This document shows, one piece after another, positions 13,406 to 29,841 of a stretch of DNA of 64,000 nt. Every line of letters starts with the position of its first letter. The first letter of the stretch is position 1. The position numbers and the translations under genes are program-made. Where the stretch lies: NCBI GenBank assembly GCA_963693365.1, contig CAVNZM010000001.1, forward strand, positions 13,254,418 through 13,318,417, in the 5' to 3' direction. A model generated the notes under the pieces. It saw nothing but the letters and a program-made list of their open reading frames with translations. It did no database searches and was not told the DNA's origin. Origin of the DNA: Amoebidium appalachense. Its lineage: Eukaryota; Protista; Ichthyosporea.

Positions 13406-14044
13406 ATGGGAAGAGCAAAATGTCCAGTTCCCATGTATGAAGGAGAAGGCAAGGGCAAAATCTCCTACTCAATGTGGGCCATGCGCATGAAGTGCTTCCT
13501 CGAGGGCGAGGAATTATGGTACACGATTGAAGACGTGGCTCCTGAAGTGATAGGAGAGGACGGCGAACCGGTGGAGCAACCTCCGGTGGAGATCGACCCC
13601 TTGGATCAGAAGAAGGCGACTTCCTACCTGGTGGAGACACTAGGTGATGTACCTGCAAGCCTGTGTCGGCGAGCTATTGCCGTAGGAAATCCCAAGGACA
13701 TATGGGATACGGTAGCATCATACGCTGCGCGCAACACAGATGAGCACAAGAGAATGTTGATTCAACAGTTCTGGCGTGCTGATATGATGCCGACGGAAAG
13801 CGTGCTGGAGTATGCGGCCCGCCTGGAGTGCATTGTGCAGGATCTTCTTCATATCGATCCCAATGGAGTTAGTGAGGACATGGTTGCCGAGAAATTCCTG
13901 GACGGTGTAGGCGCTGACGACCGATTCCGCACCGACGTTAGGACCATTCAAGCTTTACCAGCAGCTGAGAAGACAATGGAAAAGATAATCGCCAAGCTGC
14001 GTGGTTTTGAGGAGAACGAGGCTGCAGGGAACAGCAGCGGGTGA
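13406..14044 (+). CDS. copia Gag
   Basis: YSMWAMRMKCFLEGEELW and ESVLEYAARLECIVQDL are typical copia gag motifs. The ORF starts just after the PBS. Confidence 0.9.
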   Translation: MGRAKCPVPMYEGEGKGKISYSMWAMRMKCFLEGEELWYTIEDVAPEVIGEDGEPVEQPPVEIDPLDQKKATSYLVETLGDVPASLCRRAIAVGNPKDIWDTVASYAARNTDEHKRMLIQQFWRADMMPTESVLEYAARLECIVQDLLHIDPNGVSEDMVAEKFLDGVGADDRFRTDVRTIQALPAAEKTMEKIIAKLRGFEENEAAGNSSG

Positions 14045-16074
14045 TGATGACCAGCACCCAATGGCGCGGCGGTACGCCACGACAGGACACCGGCAAGCCG
14101 CGCGTGACTGACATATCCAAGGTGGAGTGTTACAAATGTCACAAGTTTGGGCACTACAAGTCACAGTGTCCAAAGAAGAAGAAGGGCGGCAATCGCGGCG
14201 ACAAGGCGAAGCAGAACGGAGCTTCCAAGGAGATACTCGCCATGGCGGTAAACAGCGGACTCCCTTCTTCAACTGAGTGGTATTGGGACTGCGGCGCAAC
14301 CTCCCATGTCACATGCCGAAAGGACTGGATGGAAGACTTCCGCTCGATCACACCCAAACCCGTCGCTCTGGGTAACACCCCGGGTGTGATGGCGCTAGGA
14401 ATAGGCGTCGTAAGATTAACAAGTGAGTTCCAGGGCAACAGCATGACATTTAGACTGCAGAATGTGCTGTACGTGCCAGCATTTGGAACTAACGTGATGT
14501 CGGCTTCAAGCGCCGGCAAGCACGGGTTAAGAGGCATCACCGACGGTCGACAGTGTACGATTGAGAGTGCCACAGATGGCCAAGTTGTGGCCCGTGGGGT
14601 AGTGGAGGGAGGCCTGTATCGTCTCCTAGTGAAACCCGTATGTGAGAGCGTGAACATGGTGACCACTGCAGTCGGCAGCAGTGGGGGTAACACCGTGTGT
14701 GAGCCGGTAAAGGGCAGCGCCAGTTTATGGCACCGGCGGTTTGGTCATGTGGCAATAAACACGCTACAGAAGATGGTTAAAGAAAACATCGTCGAGGGTC
14801 TGTGCATCGACTGCAAAACCCAGGATGACGGTGTGTGCGAGGGATGCGCGAGAGGGAAGCAAGCCCGGCTCTCTTTCAGTAAGCTACCCCGCAAGACAGC
14901 GCCAGCGAAGCTCGACAGAGTTCATTCTGATGTGGCAGGACCGTTCAACAAGGAGTCGCTGCAAGGTTCCAAGTATTATGTCACCTTCATCGACGACAAG
15001 ACAAGGTTCACTACGGTGTACTTCATGAAACATAAATCCCAAGTGCATACTTACTTCAAGAAGTACAAGGCACACGTAGAGAAGCAACACGGTGCCAGCA
15101 TCAAGATACTGCGTTCCGACAACGGGGGTGAGTACACCTCCACTGAGTTCAAGTCGTTCCTGGAAGCGTGCGGCATTGAACATGAGGCGACAGTCCCTTA
15201 CACACCAGAGCAGAATGGTGTAGCAGAGAGGGCTAACAGGACCATTGTCGAGACGGCGCGCTGCATGCTGCAGTCAGCAGGCATGAGTATGGGGTTCTGG
15301 CAGCTGGCAGTACAGGCAGCTGTGTACATCAAGAACCTGACGCCAACCACAGTACTGGGTGGCATGACACCTTGGGAGGCATGGTATGGAGAGAAGCCCG
15401 ATGTTAGCCATCTACGTGTATTTGGTAGCAAGGCATTTGTCCATGTGCCGAAGGACGAGCGCAGGAAGCTAGACGCCAAGAGTCGGGAGTGTAAATTCGT
15501 CGGCTACACAGGTGACAGCAAGACGTACTTGTTGTGGGACACCGAGGCGCGCAAGACTATCGTCGGGCGAGATGTGGTGATCGATGAATCATGCACCCCA
15601 AAGGCCGGTATTCCGGTGGTGCAAGATGAGCCAATGGAATTGCTGATGCATAAGCCAATCGGAAATCAGCAGAGCATGGAATCGAGGAATCCAATCAGCG
15701 TCAAGAAGCAACATTCCTTTCGGAAGCCTGCAATCGGCACTGACAGTGGATATGATTCAGATGCTATCGGCGACGGCGCGGGCGAGGACAGCGGCGATTC
15801 GGACGCGGCAGGGTCAGGAGACGAGGAAGATAGTGCAGAGTTGCAGGTTGCAACCAGAAGTGCCTATCCGTCTATGACTACAAGGCGCGGTGGGACCTAC
15901 GGCATCAACGCAGGTGTAGTAGAGTACCGCGACAGTATCAGCATGGCAATTGAGAGTGCTGATAGCAATGAGGATGACCCTGTGACACTGGAAGAAGCAA
16001 TCTCCAGGCCAGCATCAAACACATCGACGTTCAGTACCACTACACCCGTGAGTGTGTGGAGAATGGGGATGTAG
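14041..16074 (+). CDS. copia Pol fragment: CCHC zinc knuckle, aspartic protease, GAG-pre-integrase, DDE integrase; truncated before RT
   Basis: CYKCHKFGHYKSQC; WYWDCGATSHVT; LWHRRFGH...CEGC; HSDVAGP, LRSDNGGEY, EQNGVAERANRT. Homology ends at DPVTLEEAISRP, just before where RT should begin. Confidence 0.93.
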   Translation: MMMTSTQWRGGTPRQDTGKPRVTDISKVECYKCHKFGHYKSQCPKKKKGGNRGDKAKQNGASKEILAMAVNSGLPSSTEWYWDCGATSHVTCRKDWMEDFRSITPKPVALGNTPGVMALGIGVVRLTSEFQGNSMTFRLQNVLYVPAFGTNVMSASSAGKHGLRGITDGRQCTIESATDGQVVARGVVEGGLYRLLVKPVCESVNMVTTAVGSSGGNTVCEPVKGSASLWHRRFGHVAINTLQKMVKENIVEGLCIDCKTQDDGVCEGCARGKQARLSFSKLPRKTAPAKLDRVHSDVAGPFNKESLQGSKYYVTFIDDKTRFTTVYFMKHKSQVHTYFKKYKAHVEKQHGASIKILRSDNGGEYTSTEFKSFLEACGIEHEATVPYTPEQNGVAERANRTIVETARCMLQSAGMSMGFWQLAVQAAVYIKNLTPTTVLGGMTPWEAWYGEKPDVSHLRVFGSKAFVHVPKDERRKLDAKSRECKFVGYTGDSKTYLLWDTEARKTIVGRDVVIDESCTPKAGIPVVQDEPMELLMHKPIGNQQSMESRNPISVKKQHSFRKPAIGTDSGYDSDAIGDGAGEDSGDSDAAGSGDEEDSAELQVATRSAYPSMTTRRGGTYGINAGVVEYRDSISMAIESADSNEDDPVTLEEAISRPASNTSTFSTTTPVSVWRMGM

Positions 16075-16181
16075 AACTTGTGTATTGCAGCACGAACAGT
16101 AACGTGGCCGACATGTGCACCAAAGCTTTAGGGAGACTTAAGTTAGTGCAGCATCGGCAGGCCATCGGCATGGCTGAGTAA
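16017..16181 (+). pseudogene. C-terminal remnant of copia RNase H
   Basis: Alternative frame reads KHIDVQYHYTRECVENGDVELVYCSTNSNVADMCTKALGRLKLVQHRQAIGMAE*, the canonical KHID...ADxxTK end of copia Pol. Confidence 0.92.
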
Positions 16182-16314
16182 GAACTACAATTAGTGTAGT
16201 GTTAATGTTCGTGTAGTAGGTGTTATATGTGTTAGTATAGTAGCATAGTTTTAGAGTTGCATCTTAGGTTTAGGTTGCATGCGGTAGATAGATAGAACAC
16301 AGTGCAAGTGGGGG

Positions 16315-16620
16315 TGTCGAACAGGATAGCCATCCGGTATGCCCTGCGTTAGCGTAGCACTAGTGATCGGGAATATTCGAGATATTCGGGATAAACTGGT
16401 GGATAGGTTCACGATAGATCAGGATAGATCTAGAAGAGTCTAGAAGATTCTATTGGAGTGTTTTGATTGGTAGCGACTAGATCCATAGCGGCGGGTAGAC
16501 CAATCGGGAATAGTATGTAACATTCCAGTTAGCCAGACCACAAGTATATAAAGGTCCCGGCAGGCCAGTCAATGCAAGTCAGCAAATAATGAAGTCTCAC
16601 AGAGAAACCTCTAAGTTACA
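16315..16620 (+). repeat. 3' LTR
   Basis: TG...CA termini, preceded by PPT-like GCAAGTGGGGG. Confidence 0.96.
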
Positions 16621-16681
16621 GGGGGGGGGGCAGTGGGAAAGGGGGAACGAAAGGGCAGGAGGGGACGTGGGTGGGTGGGGT

Positions 16682-16729
<48 letters not shown>

Positions 16730-17023
16730 ATTCAGGACGGAAGACGGACTTCTCAATGATCTACTCCTCTCTATCGACCTCTGGCAAAGTTTTGTGAATG
16801 GCTTTCACAGGTTGATTATGCATAGGGCACATAGGGTGAGGTATTTTACATTTAAAACTGTATACTCCGATAACCCCCCCTCCCCCCCCATCTTCCCCTC
16901 CCTCCCCCCCCCCCCCCCCCCCCTGTGCTACACCTTCCTTTCTCCCTCCTCCCCCCCCTCCTCCCCTCCCGCCCCTCCCCCCCCCCCCCCGCGCCCGGGC
17001 CCCACCACCATCCTTCCGTCTCG

Positions 17024-17058
<35 letters not shown>

Positions 17059-17089
17059 TCCCCCTAAGTCTTTCTCCGACTCTTAACCA

Positions 17090-17189
<100 letters not shown>

Positions 17190-17232
17190 TCACTCACGCC
17201 TACAACTCTAACCCACATCTTCCTCCCTGCAG

Positions 17233-18937
17233 CCTGCCTCTTTGCTACCCTCCCCAACGAGATCAACAAGACCCTCCCCAACGAGATCATCGAGCAGATG
17301 ATTGGCTATTTGGGGTGGTCCGACCGAGTGGCCCTTTCAAGTACCTGCCGCCGCATGGCCCATTTTGCCAGAACAACCCACCCAACCCAGCATTCATGCA
17401 CATGATCCATATCCCGTCAGCCCGTCCATTCCGGAAGAATCTTTGGCCGTTGCAATATGAGCAACTGGGTGCGGATGGGGCATCGTACATGCAGCAGCAT
17501 TCATGGACACGCACACTGAACCCGTTTCTGCGTGCGTGGAAGAGAGCAGCAAGTTGATGCACACGTCAGTGGACATTGACGATACGGGGCTGGGGAATGT
17601 GCTATTTTACATGGTGCAATCATTGGCCGAGAAACTGGCCGATATGCCAGATAATCCCAGATTGAACCAGCTGGTATTCTCTCTGCCAAACTACGATGTG
17701 TGGACGGCGAGCCCCGACGCCCAAACGAAGGTGTTCAACACGTGCGCCTGTATTCTCCTCGAGAAATCGGGTTCGCGTCTCCGTGTAGTCGAATTTTATC
17801 CATCACCTGGACGCGGCATCAAACGCAGTCACATCCGCCCTCACACTTTGCCCAAATATGGTCTCGCTTAGTGTGGATAGCCACCATCTTCCTCGAGTGT
17901 ATCCCCATGGCCAGGCCTAGGACCTGACGACAAACCTCACCGAGATCGATATATGGCCGCAATCTCGCTATAACCTTTACACACCACGCCGAACCTCGTT
18001 TGCCCAAACGGGTCAACGCCGAGGCTGGTGAAGAGGCCACGGTGGTCGATGAGTTTCTTTGTGAATGTGCGCGCGTCACCAGTACCGGTAGACTTTGGTG
18101 CACTTGCCGCTTGCACTAACATGCGCACGCTGGACCTTGAATGCTATTATGTTGGTGCCGTTAATGGCCACACTTGCGAACAGTGCAAAAACTTCGTGTT
18201 GTTTTTCCTCTCGGAACGTACCGTGTTCCAAGCACCGTGACCGACTCGGTAGTTTTCAAATACCCCGATTAGGTTGCCGACTACGGTGTTGCAACGGTCA
18301 CCCTCGAATGCACTTCTGTCCGCGCTTTGCAGCTGAATTGTGTGAAATGGCCGGATGCAGCTACGCAGCTTTCAACCTTTCAACACCTAACGTCGCTCAA
18401 CCTCGATACAATTGCAATCAAAGACCCTCGTACACTTTGGGACTTGCCTATTCGCACTATCGGACCCCCCAAATCCACCACGTACACTGCCGCAGACCCC
18501 CCAACAGACTTAAACGGGCTCTCCCTACGCACACCTCTCCGGCGCCTCCGTCTTGGCCATTTCAGGAGACTGGCGGATATCAGCGATTGGCTGGTCTACC
18601 AATCACAGAGGTCGAATTGAGCTACCTCCCAGAAATCACAAACATCGCCGTGTTATCGGAAATCGTAGGGTTTATTTCGGGTTTTTTGGCCAACATGTCG
18701 GGTGTGCAGGACATATCGCCCCTCCTGCGCTGTACCTCCCTTCGCAACCTGAAGATCTACAACCATCCAAATCTAGACATCGAGCAAATTTTTGGCCATC
18801 CAACCCTTGAAACGATTGAAGTGGGTGGAGATGTGTGCCTGAGTGATCAGTTCGTGGCGTCGTGTCCAAATTTACGGAGGTGGAATGGGCGAGTCCTCGA
18901 CCGGTCAGAGGGGGACGTGCAGCCTGCACTCAACTAA
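17233..18937 (+). pseudogene. F-box plus leucine-rich-repeat gene, multiply frameshifted, no evident introns
   Basis: F-box LPNEIIEQMIGYLGWSDRVALSSTCRRM. LRR-like segments (ALAACTNMRTLDLE, LSTFQHLTSLNLDT, ISPLLRCTSLRNLKI) are spread over several frames with stops between them. Confidence 0.75.
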
Positions 18938-19768
18938 CGAGGGAGGGTCCTGAAATTTTTTATAATGACTTTATTGATGTGCTCATAGAAGGTGATCTAG
19001 ATATCCCGGGGTAAAGAAAAAACCGCTCATGAAAGGAAGATACCTGCCAAAAAAAATACATGTTGTTTTAGATAACATCGTAAAGCATAGTACTATATGT
19101 ACCGCACAACTGATATGAGTCATCTCGGGAAGGATAGGTTCAGAAATAAAGTTGCAAAGAAAGGAGACAGCTGCAAGAACAAAAAAAAAAGAAGAAGAAG
19201 AAGAAGAAGCTCAGATGTAGAAAGAAGCTCAGGTGTAAACTAACTGGGAGGAGATCACAAGAGAGAGACTAGATTGCCCCATCTGGTCACGAGGATGTCT
19301 AAGCTACAATCTGTAAGGAGCCTACGACCAAGCTTCTCCAATGGCAGAGCCCCCCATAAACCCTGACAATAGAGTAGTCGCTCGATAGGCACTCAAGGGC
19401 AATACAGAACTCGCTTGAACACCAGATTAGTCCCAGACAAGCCCGCCCGGAGTTCACGTAAACCTACCTAGAAAATCTAACAGTCAAGCAAGGTAGCCTA
19501 GCTGTAGCAAGGCACGCAAAAGAGAAGACACAAGCAGTGTGCGTTCCAACGAGAAAAGGTTCTGCAATGCTCAGCAACAGCCGCAGTGAAAGCTCGTGAT
19601 TGTGGCTAACCAGGGAAGCTTCTCGGCGTCCTACTCAGCCACAAAACCACCCCAAACGCGCGCCGCGGAGTGACCAAGGCCATGCCGCATTTTGAAAAAG
19701 GATGCAGAGATGGAGACAACATAGAAGGAGACAAGCAAGGACCCAGTCAACCACCAAAGCGAGTCACT

Positions 19769-19885
19769 AGGTCCTAGGAACAATGGTCTAGATAATTCAT
19801 CTTACATCCTGACGAAAGCTTGGAATAAGAGTAGGGAGGAGAGGAGAGATGAATTATCTAGACCATTCAATTGTTCCTAGGACCT
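19769..19885. repeat. Inverted repeat: 34 bp left arm, 39 bp right arm (5-nt insertion), 44-nt spacer
   Basis: aggtcctaggaacaatggtctagataattcatct (19769-19802) vs agatgaattatctagaccattcaattgttcctaggacct (19847-19885). Confidence 0.9.
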
Positions 19886-20116
19886 GCGGCCACCATAGTA
19901 ACCACCATCATGCCGGGCTTCGGAGAAACATGAGGATGACACCAGATGGAGAGAGGTAGCACACCAGCATATCACAACCGCGTGCCGAAGGCAATCGTAG
20001 AACTCAACCCGCAAGAATACAAGTGCTTGCAAGTCCCTCCCCAGCGTGGGACTTCCCCTGAAATTCAGAAAAAACGTCTTGCACTTCATGTCGGAGCTCA
20101 CTTCGATCCTCGCGCG

Positions 20117-20193
<77 letters not shown>

Positions 20194-20402
20194 AAACACG
20201 CGTGCACACACATACGCACGCACGAGCACATGCAGACACACACACATAAACACATGCAGACGCACACAAACAGCACGCGCACACATGCGCACACACGCAA
20301 AAGCACACACACACACGCTCACATGCCCGCGCGTGCACACACACACGAGAGAGAGGAGAGAGAGAGGGGGGGGGGGGGGGGGGGAGGGGGGTGGGGGGGG
20401 GG

Positions 20403-20445
<43 letters not shown>

Positions 20446-21495
20446 GAACCATGCACTATGCACGCGCACAGCGAAATGGTTGCATAACAGACACACACAG
20501 ACATGCACATAGATGCACACATGCACACATCACCCTTTCCGGGGGCCGGCGGGGGGGAGAGGGGCGGCAGCGGGGGGGGGGGGGGGGGGGGGAGGGTGGG
20601 GGAGCCTCCCCCCTCCTCTCCACCCCCTTTCCCCCCTTCCCCTCTCCCCAAACACACACATACCCAAACATGTAAATATGCATGCATAAACACTGAGCTG
20701 ACAATCATTTTTGCTTTTTTTGTATCACAGCCCGGGCCCAGGGGGGAGACCTTTACGTTATCGACAATGTCAATTTGGATGCCAATTCCAACAAGTCACC
20801 GGAGGTTCATAATGATTATCAGCGGTGTGACACTGTAGTGGTGGACAGTTGTGCGCGCGCGCGCACGCGCACGTGCCTGTGTGGATGGGGAGGGGGAGAG
20901 GAGGGGAGGGGGGGGGAGGGGGGGGGGAGGGGGGGGGGGGGGGGGGGGGGAATGTGGGGCTGTGTATTGGCTACGTACCCGGTCTCATAGAGACCCGTCA
21001 GTCTTAGATCATAGTATGTAAGCAAGCATGTGTCATGGTCCTTCTTCTTGTTTCGAAGTCAGGTGCTATTTTTTGATCTTGTAGTTTGCACTAGCGGACA
21101 TTGTATTATGAATACTATGAAAAACGGTTTAGTTGTCAGTAGGTCATAGTGATTCGTATCTGAGTTGCGTACACCGGTGAGACTCAGATCCGAGACTCCT
21201 ACCTAACCGTTCATAGTGTCTATATACAGATGTTTGCCATTACCATTCCTTCTGTTTGTGCCTGATATGTTGCTGATGTACGACACACTTTGTGATGCAC
21301 ACGTGCACATCACTGACACATTAATATATCCTATTTAGGGGCGGTCCTGTGTGGTCGCTGTGTCGGCCTTAAGAACTCAGCGGCTGCCTTGGCTCATGTA
21401 TGGTTGGTTGGGTCTGATACTGGTATTCGTTAGTTGCCTTGTTTTGCATTTCTTGCTTCTACTAATTTTTTTTTTTTTCTTTTTTTCTTTTTTTC

Positions 21496-21593
<98 letters not shown>

Positions 21594-22236
21594 GTAGCCC
21601 GGCCAATCTTTGAAATTCGCAGAAATGTATCACATATGTACCGTATGATACCTGTGGTAGCATACAAACAGTGAATGATAAAGCCACTGTTTGGCTCAAT
21701 AAAGCCACTGTTTGGCTCAAGTCTAAAAGTAGCAATTCATTGACGTCATGATACTTGTTTGAACAGCAACAGACGGCCATTTTTTTCCCCCACAAATAAT
21801 CCGTTCTCTTGCGTAACAGTGAAGTGAATTGTTCAAAGCCCAAGTATGAAAAAGAAAAAGAACACATGTGGGTGTGAAGGCCTAGGAAAGAAAGAAAAGA
21901 AGATGGGAGAAAAGAAGGGCAGAGAGAGCACGCGTAGTATACAGAGGGGAAGCAACATCTGACCAAGTAGTCACATCGCACATTTTCAAAGTGGATTGCG
22001 GATTCAATCAAACGGCTCATATTTTATTTAAAAGAGTGGAATTACGGATCCAATCGGCTTATTAGATTTGATTTTATGAGATTTTTATCTGATTCGCGGC
22101 CCGGTTAGGACGTTGTGACTATTTGGCCCTATGACACACAACATGAAAGTACATCGAGATCCAACCAACACCCTGCCCATGCATGCAAATCATTTGTGGC
22201 AAGATTTATCTTTGGGGTGTTTGCTAGGCGCGCCCT

Positions 22237-22271
<35 letters not shown>

Positions 22272-22864
22272 TCTCTCTCTGGTAAACACACCACCCGGTC
22301 TATTGCTGGCATCACCACCTAACATGCCATACCAGCACACAGCAAAACAGAGGCTAAGCCTTAGACAAGCATGCAACGACTTGGTCCAAAGCTTTGATCA
22401 GCTTCGCAGGCGGCAATTACCAAATAAGGACATTTATTCTCGATCCTTGCTGGATGCCTGTGTGCGCATTACCATATGTGGTTATTCTGTCGCCACCAAC
22501 CACTCCCCAAATATGTACATTGCTCGAGTGGTTTTGGTACACCTTCACGAGCTGCAAATCATCTAACACACAACAAACTCACAGAGCCATCATAAGACAT
22601 GAGATGAAAAGCGAAAAGAAAAAAATGCACAAAAAGGAAAAAAGGTTGCACAGAAAGGGTCAAAAATTCCTCGATCAAGCAAAAATCCAAGGGTTTAGTT
22701 ATCCAACCAGGGAATGCCAATAAAAATGTCTCTGGATACAATGCTTATCTCAATCACTAACCCAAACTCACACACCTCCCAGTATTACACATCCGAGTTT
22801 GCCTACACCGACAGGCAGACAGGGATGCGGGATGCTATACGTGTTGACTTACAGGAAACCCAGC

Positions 22865-22902
<38 letters not shown>

Positions 22903-23005
22903 AAAAAAAAGAAAGAAAACGAGATCAGCCTCATACATGGCTACATGTCAGCCTTGTCAGTTATTTATTAGAAATTGTTTGCTGCTATCTGCCTGCTCTC
23001 GCACA

Positions 23006-23046
<41 letters not shown>

Positions 23047-23134
23047 CCCCCCCCCCCCCCCAACAAAAAAACAAACCCCCCCCCCCCCTATGATTCTAGG
23101 CAGAACAAAAACAGCAGCATCTTGTTACCGCTAG

Positions 23135-23190
<56 letters not shown>

Positions 23191-23202
23191 TGCCCTCCCC
23201 CC

Positions 23203-29069
<5,867 letters not shown>

Positions 29070-29789
29070 TTCCGGTCACGGGTGACGGCCACACGGTGGC
29101 CCACTCAGACCTGCTGTAAAAACATAGTGTGAGATCCCAACTAAAGTGTGTGTAGCTTGGACTTATGAAAAGACAAGATGCATAAATCCAAGATGAGATC
29201 CACATGCAAAGGGATATAAGGAATGCAAGCACCTACAACAGGCAAAAATGCCGACTGCCGTGTGAATGGCAAGAACCGTAAGTGCACTATGCCTAGATAG
29301 ATGCTGGAATAAGCACAAGCACAAACGTACAAGAGTGTGTGAGTGCGTGTGCACACATACACACAACCGGAAACTTATCCCTCCCTCCCCTTCTCCCCGC
29401 CCCCCCCCCCCCCCCCCCCTCCCCACCACCTCCCCACACACACACACAACACGTTACACTCAACCAGTGACAACCACCCATCAACGTTTGCATGCTACAC
29501 GGTAATGCTACTGGTCGGTGTGCAGGGTTCAAGTATGCCACAGAGACAGGAGATGGTCGAAGATAGGAATCAAATTACCTAGGGGGGCCAAAAAACATAC
29601 AGAGCAACACTTGCAGGGGGATGGTAAACACACAGGCACACACACACGTACACACTTTCCAGCTTGACCTGGAGGACACAACATCCAACTACCCAGGGTG
29701 GAGTGCACGTTCTATTGGCACAACTGAGCACATCTGCCATGCTTGCACGCACAAACACACATAACACCCATGATCCATGCACACACACA

Positions 29790-29841
<52 letters not shown>

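Larger units (their letters stand above)
13053..16620 (+). mobile_element. Ty1/copia LTR retrotransposon, internally deleted (RT missing), non-autonomous
   Basis: Two ~306 bp LTRs starting TGTCGAAC. PBS-like GGTTACGGACCCAG follows the 5' LTR and a purine tract precedes the 3' LTR. Domain order is gag, protease, integrase, RNase H tail. Both flanks are GGGGG. Confidence 0.97.
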
